Shown: one piece after another, positions 1-9,446 of the stretch
How the letters are laid out: each line of letters begins with the position of its first letter
Numbering within the stretch: the first letter of the stretch is position 1
NCBI GenBank assembly: GCA_965372715.1
Contig: CBDVDH010000002.1
Location: forward strand, 62,001-122,538
From: an uncultured bacterium
GTDB taxonomy: Bacteria > B130-G9
Direction: 5' to 3'
DNA: 60,538 bases
Translations under genes and position numbers: made by a program
Notes under the pieces: model-generated
Database searches by the model: none
Seen by the model: the letters and a program-made list of their open reading frames with translations, nothing else
Told to the model about the DNA's origin: nothing

Positions 1-928
1 AACCGCCAAGGACCTCATGATCGCCGAGACAGTAATCGCGATTGGCAACCCTTATGGATACTCGCACACTGTCACAACCGGCGTTGTTTCTGCGCTCAAT
101 CGCGACATCGAGGTTGGAGGAACTCACGGCGAGGCGGAGGTTCTCTACGATCTCATCCAAACTGATGCGGCGATCAATCTGGGCAACTCTGGCGGGCCGC
201 TGATCAACCTGATGGGCCAGGTCGTAGGGATCAACACGGCGATTCTCGACGCTGCGGAGGGAATGGGATTCGCGATACCGATCGACCGTGCGATGCGCGT
301 CGTCGAAGACCTGATCTCATACGGTGAGGTCCATATCCCCTGGTTGGGAATCGCCACTGAGACGATGGAGCTGCCCAAGATACGGTCCGTTTCATTGCCG
401 GATGCGCGAGTAACTGACGTGGTCGTTACGTTCGTGTTCTCGAAGGGGCCGGCAAATGGCAGCGTTCAGACTGGCGACCTGATAGAGCGAATCGGCGACG
501 TGCCGGTCCGCTCCGAGAGGGAGTTTCGGACAAGGGTTAAGGACTACAAGGCGACGGACATCATCCCGCTTTCGATCAGCCGAAACGGCGCCTCGACTAG
601 CGTGAAGCTCCATGCACGCGAGTTTCCGCTCGAACAAGCGCAGCTGCTTTGCTACGAGTGGCTCGGCTTCTGGGTTGAGGAGATAGACCTCGCGGGCAGT
701 CGGCCAAGAAGTAGAAAGAGGTCATATATAGTCGTTGCGAAAGTGAGAGCAAGAGGCCCCGCGGACAAGGCCGGGTTACATAAGATGGACGTTCTAACCC
801 AGATCAACGACAAGACAATCGAGACGCTCGACGACTTTCAGAAGGCCATGATGGCAGCGAGTGGCCGAGGCGGTATCTACGTTGAAATTAGGCGAGGCGC
901 GCTGTATCTAAGGGGCACGATACCATAG
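1..928 (+). CDS. HtrA/DegP-like serine protease with PDZ domains (5' partial)
   Basis: Motifs IAIGNPYG, IQTDAAIN-GNSGGPL (catalytic Ser) and GFAIP, then two PDZ-like segments. The frame is open to the window edge. Confidence 0.93.
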   Translation, partial: TAKDLMIAETVIAIGNPYGYSHTVTTGVVSALNRDIEVGGTHGEAEVLYDLIQTDAAINLGNSGGPLINLMGQVVGINTAILDAAEGMGFAIPIDRAMRVVEDLISYGEVHIPWLGIATETMELPKIRSVSLPDARVTDVVVTFVFSKGPANGSVQTGDLIERIGDVPVRSEREFRTRVKDYKATDIIPLSISRNGASTSVKLHAREFPLEQAQLLCYEWLGFWVEEIDLAGSRPRSRKRSYIVVAKVRARGPADKAGLHKMDVLTQINDKTIETLDDFQKAMMAASGRGGIYVEIRRGALYLRGTIP

Positions 929-980
929 GAATGGGTTTCAGGTTTCAAGTTTCAAATTCAACGGCGAAAGTCCAAAGCCG

Positions 981-1167
981 TGTGGGGCGGGCTTTCCAGC
1001 CTGCGACAATCGGTTGGCGGCCGGTGGGTTCGCTGGGCAATTGACGGTGGTTCTGTAGGGGCGGTGCTTGCCCCGCCCTCCGTCTGTGGCGGCAATGCCC
1101 AGGGCGGTTCACGAGCCGCCCTTTGGGAACGATTTCGACAGGGCAGGCGCGGGGACCTGCCCCTACA
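981..1167. repeat. Cluster of GT(A/G)G-type REP-like palindromes
   Basis: TGTGGGGCGGGCTTTCCAGCCTGC, TGTAGGGGCGGTGCTTGCCCCGCCC, GGGCGGTTCACGAGCCGCCC and GGGCAGGCGCGGGGACCTGCCCCTACA. Related units occur at 26913-27103 and 60277-60329. Confidence 0.8.
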
Positions 1168-1180
1168 ATGACCTAATGGG

Positions 1181-2473
1181 ATGCGCGAAATGACGGCGAT
1201 GACGTTCTCTGAGAAGGTTCTGGCTAGGAAAGCGAGGCTTGACGAGGCCTCGCCGGGGCAGATCGTTACCGTAACGCCTGATTTTGTGATGTCTCACGAC
1301 AACGCGGCCGCGATCGCGAAGACGTTTGCCAAGATGGGCGCCGTGCGGGTATTTGACCCCGGGCGGGTCGTTATCATCCTGGACCACTGCGTGCCCGCGG
1401 CGAGCGAGAAATACGCCCAGAATCACAAGACCGTACGTGAGTTCGTGGCCGCGCAGGGCATCGAGAACTTCTTCGACATATCGCACGGGGTGTGCCATCA
1501 GGTGTTGTGTGAACAGGGGTTTGCGACACCAGGCGCTGTCATCTTGGGGAGCGATTCGCACACAACGACCTGCGGTGCGCTCGGCGCATTCTCGGCCGGC
1601 ATCGGCAGGACCGAGATGGCGGCGATCTGGGCGACAGGGAGCGTGTGGTTGAAGGTTCCCGCCACGATCAAGATCGTGATCTCAGGCGTGCTTACCCCAC
1701 CCGTGTCCGCCAAGGACGTCGCGCTTCGCATCATCCGCGAGATACGTGCGGACGGCGCTAACTACCAGGCGGTCGAGTTCTGTGGGGACGCGGTCTCCGC
1801 GATGAGCATTGCCGAGCGGATGCTTCTGTGCAACATGGCGGCCGAGATGGGCGCCAAGAATGCCTACGTGCCCCCCGACGAGAAGACGCGTGGGTGGCTG
1901 GCTGGGCGACAGCGGACGGAGTTCGAGCCTGTCCATTCCGACCCCGAGGCGCAGTTCAGCCGGGTCATGGTGCTTGACGTCTCTGACCTGGAACCTCAGG
2001 TAGCGTGCCCCCACACGGTCGATAACGTCGTGGGTGTCGCTGAGGTCGCGGGGACGCGAATCGATCAGGCGCTAATCGGCACGTGCACGAATGGGAGGCT
2101 TGAGGACCTTGCGGTCGCGGCGGCGGTTTTGAAAGGGAAGCGCATTGCGCATGGCACGCGGCTACTCGTGCTGCCGGCGTCGAGAGAGGTCCTGCGAGCC
2201 GCTCTTGATGCTGGCTACATATCCGACCTGATCGATGCTGGTGCGGTAGTTCTGAATCCCGGCTGCGGACCCTGCCTGGGCGCGCACGAGGGCGTCCTTG
2301 CCCCGGGCGAGGTCTGCATTAGCACGGCCAATCGCAATTTCAAGGGCCGAATGGGGTGCAACACGGCCGATGTCTATCTCGCCTCGCCCGCAACTGTCGC
2401 GGCCAGCGCTCTCACGGGGGTCATCACCGATCCCAGGAGGGAACCACGAATGGACACGAATGAACACGAATGA
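1181..2473 (+). CDS. leuC: 3-isopropylmalate dehydratase/homoaconitase large subunit (LeuC/HacA type)
   Basis: Motifs DH, GVCHQ, GSDSHT, GTCTNGR, GCGPCLG, NRNFKGRMG and YLASPA. Substrate specificity is not certain. Confidence 0.88.
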   Translation: MREMTAMTFSEKVLARKARLDEASPGQIVTVTPDFVMSHDNAAAIAKTFAKMGAVRVFDPGRVVIILDHCVPAASEKYAQNHKTVREFVAAQGIENFFDISHGVCHQVLCEQGFATPGAVILGSDSHTTTCGALGAFSAGIGRTEMAAIWATGSVWLKVPATIKIVISGVLTPPVSAKDVALRIIREIRADGANYQAVEFCGDAVSAMSIAERMLLCNMAAEMGAKNAYVPPDEKTRGWLAGRQRTEFEPVHSDPEAQFSRVMVLDVSDLEPQVACPHTVDNVVGVAEVAGTRIDQALIGTCTNGRLEDLAVAAAVLKGKRIAHGTRLLVLPASREVLRAALDAGYISDLIDAGAVVLNPGCGPCLGAHEGVLAPGEVCISTANRNFKGRMGCNTADVYLASPATVAASALTGVITDPRREPRMDTNEHE

Positions 2474-2607
2474 AGGAGGAGGTTGTGGCTTCGTGTGTCT
2501 TCGTGCTCTTCGTGGATGAAAGCTACATTCAATCAGGGGTCCACGAAGGACACTAAGGATCACGAAGAAATGGCCGAGCTTTCCTATTCGTGTTCATTCG
2601 TGGTTTC
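2443..2607. repeat. Nested inverted array of 9-nt CACGAA-core repeats
   Basis: Outer arms CCACGAATGGACACGAATGAACACGAAT and ATTCGTGTTCATTCGTGG. Inner pair CTTCGTGTGTCTTCGTGCTCTTCGTGGA and TCCACGAAGGACACTAAGGATCACGAAG. Confidence 0.8.
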
Positions 2608-2632
2608 CCCTCACGTCAATTGGTGGTTCCCT

Positions 2633-4963
2633 CTACTTCACCCACAGGTAGGGGAACATGTCCGATTCGGCGCCGTCCTTGTCCGTCGCGACCGCCTCCA
2701 GCAGGTATTGGCCCGGAGACAGTCCGAATTCGCTGGTGTAGAACCAGGTCCAGAAATAGGCCTCCGTGGGGCTGTCGTACTCGGGATACCTGTCGAGGAA
2801 AATGCCCATTGGCTGCCTGTTGTAGTAGATCTCCAGTTCGACAACATTGTCGCTCGAGACCGGATGATAGACAGTCATTGAGATGGAGACGTATGGCGAT
2901 CCAGAGTTCTCCTGGTAACCCATCGCAGAGCTGGCAATCACTGGCCCGTCGTCCCGTCTGAGGCTTTGCGCGGGTGGGGTGCCACCTCTCCGCGATCGGA
3001 GGCAAGGAACAGGTGACAGGTCTGCATGATCCGTGCCCTCATTTATGGGGATGGTCAAGTATGGCCACTCGTCCGATCTGTTGCCATCGCTGTCCACGGC
3101 GGCGAACGAGATCAAGTATCTACCCGGAGGGAGCGCCCCCCCTGGCACATCGATGTCTCTTGAGTAGAAGCCATCTTCAGCCCCGTAGTCGCCATGGGCA
3201 CCATCATCATAGAGCATAATGCCCGTTTGCTGACCATCCAGGAGCAGCTCAACATCAAGTGAACCCGGCGCGTCCTCATCATCTTCGATGTATGCCAAAA
3301 GCGCTAGGGTCCCTCCGTCCTCGTAGCTGACGTAAGAACTCTCGGCCGTCCAGACCCAGCTGATTCGCGGCGGGTTAAGCGAGGGGTCCCCACTGCTGTC
3401 CAGAGGCTCGGAGTAGTCACTCTCATTGCCCCGAACATCGAACGCTGTGACGGCCCAATGAATCTCATCGAATTGCTCGATGTCCTCGTATCTGATGGTG
3501 AACGAGGTGGCCATACCCACGTCGATCGGCGAGTCGCCGTAAGGCAGGCCAACGCCGTCGAACGGCGGGTATTCACCCTCGGTGTCGTAATAGAGCTTGT
3601 ATCCAGCGAGGTCATCAGCGTCGGATGGCTCCCACAGAAGGATCATGCCGTCTTCCTCCTCTGTTGGTTCGCTGTGGAAGTATTCGGGCGCTAGGGGAGG
3701 CGCCGTATCGGTCGGCCGGAGGGTGGGGTCCCCGAGCACGGTCAGGCCGTAGAACCAGCTGATGTCATCGTCAGTGTATGGGGCCTGCTTCGCGAACCAG
3801 CACTTGAATGCCTCGCCGATGCAGTTACCCTCCGAGAGCTCCTTGAACATCTCGCCGCCGTAATAAAGTGAACCCGACTTGGTGCTGCCGATCACCGACA
3901 GGCCGAGCGAGTTCTCCCCGAAGATATACCAGCCGCCCATGTAATCCGGCTCCACGTAGCGAGAGTTGGAGCAGGCGAACGGCACGTAGAAGAGCGAGTT
4001 CATCATCGCTGCCTGAATCTCGGAATTGTATAACATCGAATAGACGCCGCGATACGAGAAGTAGTGCGCCTCTGGGCCCGAATGAACCATGACATCGACC
4101 CATTCGTAGCCGTCCTCGAGCCGCTTCAGGTATTCCTCGGCGTTTGTTTTCTCGTAATCGGTTATGACCTTGATGTCGTCGTAGAGCCGACCGAGCGCAT
4201 CCTCCCAGTAGGCGGCTAAATCCACCCAGTCATCGTCGATGAGCAACAGGGCGCGATGAGGCGCATCCAGCCCTCCCGTCCGATACAGGTGGTTCTTCTG
4301 AAGATACCGAACCACCAACTCCGCCTCGTCTCCGGACATTGGCGAGGCAAGGAGCCGTCCTATCCATATCTCGGGCTTAGTATCGCCGTCGCCATCCACG
4401 TGGTCATCGAACATCTCGTCGCCGTCCGAATCGATGAACTCGCCGTCGAGGTCCTCGTAGTAAAGATCGCATGGGAACTCCGCGGCGATCTCGAAATCAT
4501 CGTCCAAGATCGCATACCAGGGCACCGGGAAATCGCCGACGAGAATGCAGCCAACAAGGCCCTTATCGCTCTGCCACGCCCAGCGCAGCGCGGCCCTAAG
4601 GTCCTGAACGGTCTCGAACGTCGCCTCGATCAGCAGCGCCTCGAAGCCATCGCTTCTGATGTCAGAGACCCAGACGATTAGGTCGTCCTCAATCTCCGGA
4701 TATAGATCGCTGTTGACGAGGACAGCAACGCGCCCGCCGTTTTCACCCTCGAGCGGGCAGGGAAAAGGCAGAACTGAGCCTACCTGGGTGCTATATTGCA
4801 CGCGATTCGCCACGTAGTCCGCGTAGGAGACCGAATACTCGAAATCGACCTCGTGCCACCGCGACCAGAGCTCCTCCGCCATCGCCTGGGTGGCATGGTC
4901 CGCAAACGCGGGGCCGCACAACGCAAAGACCAGAATCGCGCATATTCCTCGAAGGGCACGCAT
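2633..4963 (-). CDS. Secreted C25 (gingipain-like) cysteine peptidase with an FN3-like domain and two C-terminal Ig-like domains
   Basis: Signal peptide, ILVGD, DLYYEDLDG, PEIWIGRL, VHS (His), ACS (Cys), LGDPTL. FN3-like LLWEPS-DLAGYKLYY-VTAFD-GNES. Confidence 0.75.
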   Translation of the reverse strand: MRALRGICAILVFALCGPAFADHATQAMAEELWSRWHEVDFEYSVSYADYVANRVQYSTQVGSVLPFPCPLEGENGGRVAVLVNSDLYPEIEDDLIVWVSDIRSDGFEALLIEATFETVQDLRAALRWAWQSDKGLVGCILVGDFPVPWYAILDDDFEIAAEFPCDLYYEDLDGEFIDSDGDEMFDDHVDGDGDTKPEIWIGRLLASPMSGDEAELVVRYLQKNHLYRTGGLDAPHRALLLIDDDWVDLAAYWEDALGRLYDDIKVITDYEKTNAEEYLKRLEDGYEWVDVMVHSGPEAHYFSYRGVYSMLYNSEIQAAMMNSLFYVPFACSNSRYVEPDYMGGWYIFGENSLGLSVIGSTKSGSLYYGGEMFKELSEGNCIGEAFKCWFAKQAPYTDDDISWFYGLTVLGDPTLRPTDTAPPLAPEYFHSEPTEEEDGMILLWEPSDADDLAGYKLYYDTEGEYPPFDGVGLPYGDSPIDVGMATSFTIRYEDIEQFDEIHWAVTAFDVRGNESDYSEPLDSSGDPSLNPPRISWVWTAESSYVSYEDGGTLALLAYIEDDEDAPGSLDVELLLDGQQTGIMLYDDGAHGDYGAEDGFYSRDIDVPGGALPPGRYLISFAAVDSDGNRSDEWPYLTIPINEGTDHADLSPVPCLRSRRGGTPPAQSLRRDDGPVIASSAMGYQENSGSPYVSISMTVYHPVSSDNVVELEIYYNRQPMGIFLDRYPEYDSPTEAYFWTWFYTSEFGLSPGQYLLEAVATDKDGAESDMFPYLWVK

Positions 4964-4975
4964 CTCACAAACACC

Positions 4976-5755
4976 TCACTTGATGGTTGAGTATCTTTCT
5001 ATTGATGTTGCCTTGCCTGTCTGTTCGTCTATGGCGATGATCACGGCGTTGATTCCCTTGTTCTGCTTTGCGACCTGAAGTGGGCGGGACACGCCGGTCT
5101 TGAACCGGTAGATGGAATCCTCAGGCCTGAAGCCAATGACGCCGTCAAAGGCACCGGTCATCCCGGCGTCGGTTATGTAGGCGGTCCCCTTCGGTAGAAT
5201 CCGCTCGTCCGCCGTCTGAACGTGGGTATGTGTCCCGACGAGCGCCGAGACACGGCCGTCGAGATACCACGCCATGGCGAGCTTCTCCGCCGTCGCCTCG
5301 GCATGGAAATCAACTATGCAAATTGGAGGCTCGTCCCTGAGCGAACCGATGATCCTATCGATGGTCTGAAACGGGCAATCGATATCATCGAGAAACGCCC
5401 GGCCAGAGATGTTGGCGATAGTTACATTGACGCCAGAGGGCATGGACACGCAAAACACGCCCTTGCCAGGCAGCTCATCGATGTAGTTGGCTGGCCGAAG
5501 CAGCCGCGGCTCCTCGCGGAAGTAGTCGAAGACGTCCTTTTTGTCCCAAATATGGTTGCCGGAGGTCATCACATCGACGCCAGCGGCTAGTATCTCCTGC
5601 GCGACGTCTGGTGTAAGGCCAAAGCCTCCGGCGGCGTTCTCGGCGTTGGCAATGCACAAGTCGATACCGAGGTCCTGAAGCATCTGGCCCAGCATCCGCT
5701 TCAGGATCGTTCTTCCGCTCTTTCCGACAATATCTCCCACAAACAAGACCTTCAA
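4976..5755 (-). CDS. ymdB: YmdB-like metallophosphoesterase
   Basis: Motifs GDIVG, NAENAAGG, TSGNH, VDFHAEAT and GTHTHVQTADE. Lies downstream of rny. Confidence 0.95.
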   Translation of the reverse strand: MKVLFVGDIVGKSGRTILKRMLGQMLQDLGIDLCIANAENAAGGFGLTPDVAQEILAAGVDVMTSGNHIWDKKDVFDYFREEPRLLRPANYIDELPGKGVFCVSMPSGVNVTIANISGRAFLDDIDCPFQTIDRIIGSLRDEPPICIVDFHAEATAEKLAMAWYLDGRVSALVGTHTHVQTADERILPKGTAYITDAGMTGAFDGVIGFRPEDSIYRFKTGVSRPLQVAKQNKGINAVIIAIDEQTGKATSIERYSTIK

Positions 5756-5780
5756 ATTCGCCCCTTCTTCTTCTGGATAT

Positions 5781-5945
5781 TGACACCTGTCTTCGTGCAG
5801 ACCTTGTCAGGGCAACAACCGGCAGGGATTAAATCTCCCCGCCTGCGCCCTGATCATTTGGGGGCAAGCACGGATTGGACCAAAAGGGTTTCTCACCGCA
5901 CTGACAAGCCCTTTCAGTCGCCTCACGCACCGCCCACGGGCATCA
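5781..5945 (-). ncRNA. Candidate structured RNA of unrecognised family between rny and ymdB
   Basis: The 5' and 3' ends pair. Inner helix CTTGTCAG/CTGACAAG, hairpin GGCGGGGA-GATTTAA-TCCCTGCC. Several G-U pairs work only on the minus strand. Confidence 0.45.
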
Positions 5946-7499
5946 CTATTTCGCGTATTCTATCGCTCTGGTTTCTCTTATTACGGTAACCTTTATCTGA
6001 CCTGGATATTCGAGCTCACTCTCGATCTTCTCTGCGACCTCTCGCGCAAGGAGTGCGGCGCCGTCATCCTGCACTTCCTCTTGATCCACGAGGATGCGCA
6101 CCTCCCTACCGGCCTGGATCGCGTAGGTCTTGTTGACGCCTTTGAATGACGAGGCAATCTGCTCCAGCTTCTCGAGTCGCTTTATGTAGCTCTCCAGGAC
6201 CTCGCGCCTCGCGCCCGGTCTTGATGCGGAAAGCGCATCGGCGGCCTGCACGAGCACGGTTCCGACTTGCGCCTCCCGAAGATCAGTGTCGTGGTGGCGG
6301 CCTATCGCCTCCACTACGGACGGGACCTCGCCATACTTGCGAGCGAACTCTGCGCCGATCTCGGCATGTGTGCCCTCAACCTCGTGGTCCAGGGCCTTAC
6401 CGATGTCGTGCAACAGCCCTGAACGCCGTGTGGCCCTTGCGTCGGCGCCCAGCTCGCTGGCCATTATGCCCGCTATGTGCGCAACCTCCTTTGAGTGCTG
6501 CAACACGTTTTGGCCATAGCTAGTCCTATACTTGAGCCGACCGAGAAGCTTCACGATCTCCGGATGCACCTTGCCGACTCGCGCCTCAAAGAGCGCCTGC
6601 TCGCCAACCTCGATCATCTGAGCCTCGAGCTCCTTACGGACCTTCGCAACAACCTCCTCGATTCGGGCAGGATGTATCCGGCCGTCCGCAATTAGCCGCT
6701 CCAGCGCAACCTCAGCGATTTTCCGTTTGATGCCGTCAAAACACGAAACGATTACCGCCTCTGGGGTGTCGTCAACGATCAGATCGACACCTGTCGCGAG
6801 CTCAAGTGAGCGAATGTTGCGGCCCTCGCGGCCAATTATCCGACCCTTCATCTCGTCGTTCGGAAGGTAAACAACTGCGACGCTTGTCTCCGCGGCATAC
6901 TCAGTCGCGCAGCGCTGGATAGCGGTTGAGATTATCTCCCGAGAGAGCTTATCGGCCAGATCTCGCGTATCTGCCTCAATGTCACGGATCGTCCTTGCGG
7001 CGCGGTCTCTTGCGTCTAAAACCATCTCGTTCATGAGGATGTCCCTGGCCTCATTCCGGCTTAGCCCAGCTATCCTGGTAACCTCCTGCTGAGCATCCTT
7101 GAGCAAAGAAAGCCGCTTCTCCTTGAGAAGATTCAGCTCGCGGTCCCGGCCAGCGTTCTCGCGCTCCCGTTTCGCCAATAGCCGCTCTCTCTTCTCGAAG
7201 CTGTCAACCCGGCGGTCCAGGCTCTCCTCTTTTTGCAGCAGTCTGCGCTCGAACTGACGAAGCTTATCCCCCTGATCCTTCATCTCACGCTCCAGCTCTT
7301 CCTTCAGCCGATAGAGCTCATCCTTGCTTCTTAACTGCGCTTCACGTTTTGCGGTCTCAGCTCTCTGTTCTGCTTCCTCTATTATTTTGTCCGCGAAATC
7401 TCGCGCTCGCTTGAGCTTGGCCTCCACTAGATGCTTTCTGAGAAAGTAACCGACGGACAGACAAGCCATAGCAAGCACAGCAATAATCATGGAGTTCAA
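5946..7499 (-). CDS. rny: Ribonuclease Y
   Basis: N-terminal TM, coiled coil, KH domain ([14 protein letters not shown]), HD domain (LLHDIGK) and C-terminal [12 protein letters not shown]. Confidence 0.98.
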   Translation of the reverse strand: MNSMIIAVLAMACLSVGYFLRKHLVEAKLKRARDFADKIIEEAEQRAETAKREAQLRSKDELYRLKEELEREMKDQGDKLRQFERRLLQKEESLDRRVDSFEKRERLLAKRERENAGRDRELNLLKEKRLSLLKDAQQEVTRIAGLSRNEARDILMNEMVLDARDRAARTIRDIEADTRDLADKLSREIISTAIQRCATEYAAETSVAVVYLPNDEMKGRIIGREGRNIRSLELATGVDLIVDDTPEAVIVSCFDGIKRKIAEVALERLIADGRIHPARIEEVVAKVRKELEAQMIEVGEQALFEARVGKVHPEIVKLLGRLKYRTSYGQNVLQHSKEVAHIAGIMASELGADARATRRSGLLHDIGKALDHEVEGTHAEIGAEFARKYGEVPSVVEAIGRHHDTDLREAQVGTVLVQAADALSASRPGARREVLESYIKRLEKLEQIASSFKGVNKTYAIQAGREVRILVDQEEVQDDGAALLAREVAEKIESELEYPGQIKVTVIRETRAIEYAK

Positions 7500-7650
7500 C
7501 CTAAATCCCTGCCTTTCCCATTACCATCGATCATCTGCAAACCATCAAAGTAGTGCAGGGAAACGGTCGTCTGAAGACCGGAAGAGCGTAGAAAACCCCA
7601 GAAGTCGGGTTTCCTAAGGGTCGAGTCGGAGACGGAGATATGAATGCTGA

Positions 7651-7850
7651 CGGGCGGCCGCCCCAAGGCGCCGTGTGGCTGGGCCACATGAGAACCCAGT
7701 TGGTCTAGGTGGGGAAATCATCGGGCACTTCAGGCTTCCCTGCGCATTGCACGGCATGCACACCATACCCGAATTGAAAGCCCCTTTCATATGTAATTGG
7801 CTCAAATGTCCTATCACCATCACAAGCGTCTCAGGATGCGACCTGCCCGC
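7651..7850 (-). ncRNA. ssrS: 6S RNA
   Basis: Lies downstream of zapA. The minus strand reads CCTGAGACGCTTGTG..TTGAGCCAA..GGTGTGCATG..AAGCCTGAA..CCCACCT..GGTTC..ACACGGCGCCTTGGGG, and the termini pair. TATAAT at 7889-7884. Ends are approximate. Confidence 0.88.
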
Positions 7851-7931
7851 CAAAACAGAGACAAATCCACCTGTCATCTCCGTATTATATTACTTCCTGT
7901 TATCTCAGCCCGACTAACAAGACCTATTGGC

Positions 7932-8246
7932 CTATTGCTCTGTCAACTCTAACAGCCGTTCGCTTTCCCGCTCAAACCTCTTTCGTAGCGCCTGATACTT
8001 ATCCCGCAGCAACAGCAACTCGTATCCCAAGTGCATCACTGCAAGAACGGATATCCTGTGACTTGACGCTGAAGGGAAAACGCCTTGCAGGTCTCCCGCA
8101 AGCTCATTGACGAGGCCCGCAACTCTTCGAACCTGCTCCGCCTCAGACGAGCTCTTGAAAGCGTAACGCTTACCTAGAACCTCCACCTGTACTTCAGAGG
8201 TTTCAGTCTCATTACTGTCAAGCAAACCTACGGTCTCCTGAGCCAA
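7932..8246 (-). CDS. zapA: Cell division protein ZapA
   Basis: Pattern VEVLGKRY..VRRVAGLVNE..RISVLAVMHLGYEL plus a coiled coil, directly upstream of the 6S RNA. Confidence 0.85.
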   Translation of the reverse strand: MAQETVGLLDSNETETSEVQVEVLGKRYAFKSSSEAEQVRRVAGLVNELAGDLQGVFPSASSHRISVLAVMHLGYELLLLRDKYQALRKRFERESERLLELTEQ

Positions 8247-8251
8247 TCGGC

Positions 8252-8785
8252 CTAGCCCTCCTCAGTCTCAAGAAGTGACAGAAGGTTCTCGACCTTTGTC
8301 CGAACCATTTCCTGTTGGTCTGTAAAAGACTTATACCTTTCCTTTATTAACAACAAACTGCTTATCTTCTCTTCACTATCTGTGATTCTGTGACTCGCAT
8401 CCTCAAGCTGCTCCCGCAATTCGTCCCGCTCCTCGACGAGCTGCTTCTTCTCGTTAACGAGCCGTTTTATTCGCCGCTCGACCTCAGAGAATGTATCCAG
8501 AACAGCCGGCTGCTCGGCCGCCGAACCACCGAGTCCCGAAACGCCGCGACTGGGCTCGACATCCACGGTATCCGAAACCGCAGCTGGCTCCTCAATCTCG
8601 CCGGTCGAGACCCCTGCTGCGGCGTCGGACTTGTCATCGAAAACCTCAATAGAACTCAAATCGCGTTCTGCATCTTCCATATTCGAACCTTCAGCGACCG
8701 GCTCCTGATCCCTCAGCAGCTTATCTCGGCCGAAATCGACGGTCGAATCCTCACTTACGTTGTTGAATCCAGGACGCTTTATCAC
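8252..8785 (-). CDS. ZapB-like coiled-coil protein with acidic N-terminal extension
   Basis: C-terminal heptads ending VRTKVENLLSLLE, located upstream of zapA. Confidence 0.6.
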   Translation of the reverse strand: MIKRPGFNNVSEDSTVDFGRDKLLRDQEPVAEGSNMEDAERDLSSIEVFDDKSDAAAGVSTGEIEEPAAVSDTVDVEPSRGVSGLGGSAAEQPAVLDTFSEVERRIKRLVNEKKQLVEERDELREQLEDASHRITDSEEKISSLLLIKERYKSFTDQQEMVRTKVENLLSLLETEEG

Positions 8786-8786
8786 T

Positions 8787-9143
8787 TTACGCTTCTCCAG
8801 AAGTTGCGAACTGGGTTAATCTCTCGAAAGCTGCCGGGTCGAAGATCGCTATCTGCGACAAGACCTTTCGGTTTAACCCCACGTTTTTCTGCCCAAGCCC
8901 GTGGACGAACTCTCCGTATCTCAGGCCATGAGACCTCGCCGCAGCACTGATTCGCAGTGTCCAGAGACGCCTGAAATCCCTCTTGCGCCTCCTGCGGTCT
9001 CTGTAGGAAAAGGCGAGGGCGCGAAGCACCGTTTCGTTCGCAGTCTTATAAAGCTTCCGACGCCCCCCGCGATAGCCCTTCGCCATAGCGAGGACCTTCT
9101 TGTGACGCCTCTTTCTCGCTACCGAAGACTTAGCTCTAGGCAT
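8787..9143 (-). CDS. rplT: 50S ribosomal protein L20
   Basis: MPRAKSSV..AKGYRG..RKRDFRRLW..LNRKVLS. Confidence 0.98.
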   Translation of the reverse strand: MPRAKSSVARKRRHKKVLAMAKGYRGGRRKLYKTANETVLRALAFSYRDRRRRKRDFRRLWTLRISAAARSHGLRYGEFVHGLGQKNVGLNRKVLSQIAIFDPAAFERLTQFATSGEA

Positions 9144-9248
9144 ACATTATCCTCTCTTTAAACACAAAAGATACACGTCAACTTCAGACGAGTCTATACA
9201 GAATAATCCCCACTGCGCCAGGGTCCCATCGGACGCACCGAAAAAACG

Positions 9249-9446
9249 TCAGGAATATGGCAAAAGTCTAGAAATACTCTTGTGATCGGCCGAACTCACA
9301 AGGCCACGTTTTCCGAGTCTGTTTTTGCGCTTTCTGCTCTTCTTCGTAAGAATATGCCCTTTATTGGCATGGCTCCTGATGATGAGCCCCCTACCTGAAA
9401 CCTTGAATCGCTTCTTGGCCCCGCTTGACGTTTTTAACTTAGGCAT
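9249..9446 (-). CDS. rpmI: 50S ribosomal protein L35
   Basis: MPKLKT..AKKRFK..HILTKKSRKRK..LLPY. Confidence 0.97.
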   Translation of the reverse strand: MPKLKTSSGAKKRFKVSGRGLIIRSHANKGHILTKKSRKRKNRLGKRGLVSSADHKSISRLLPYS

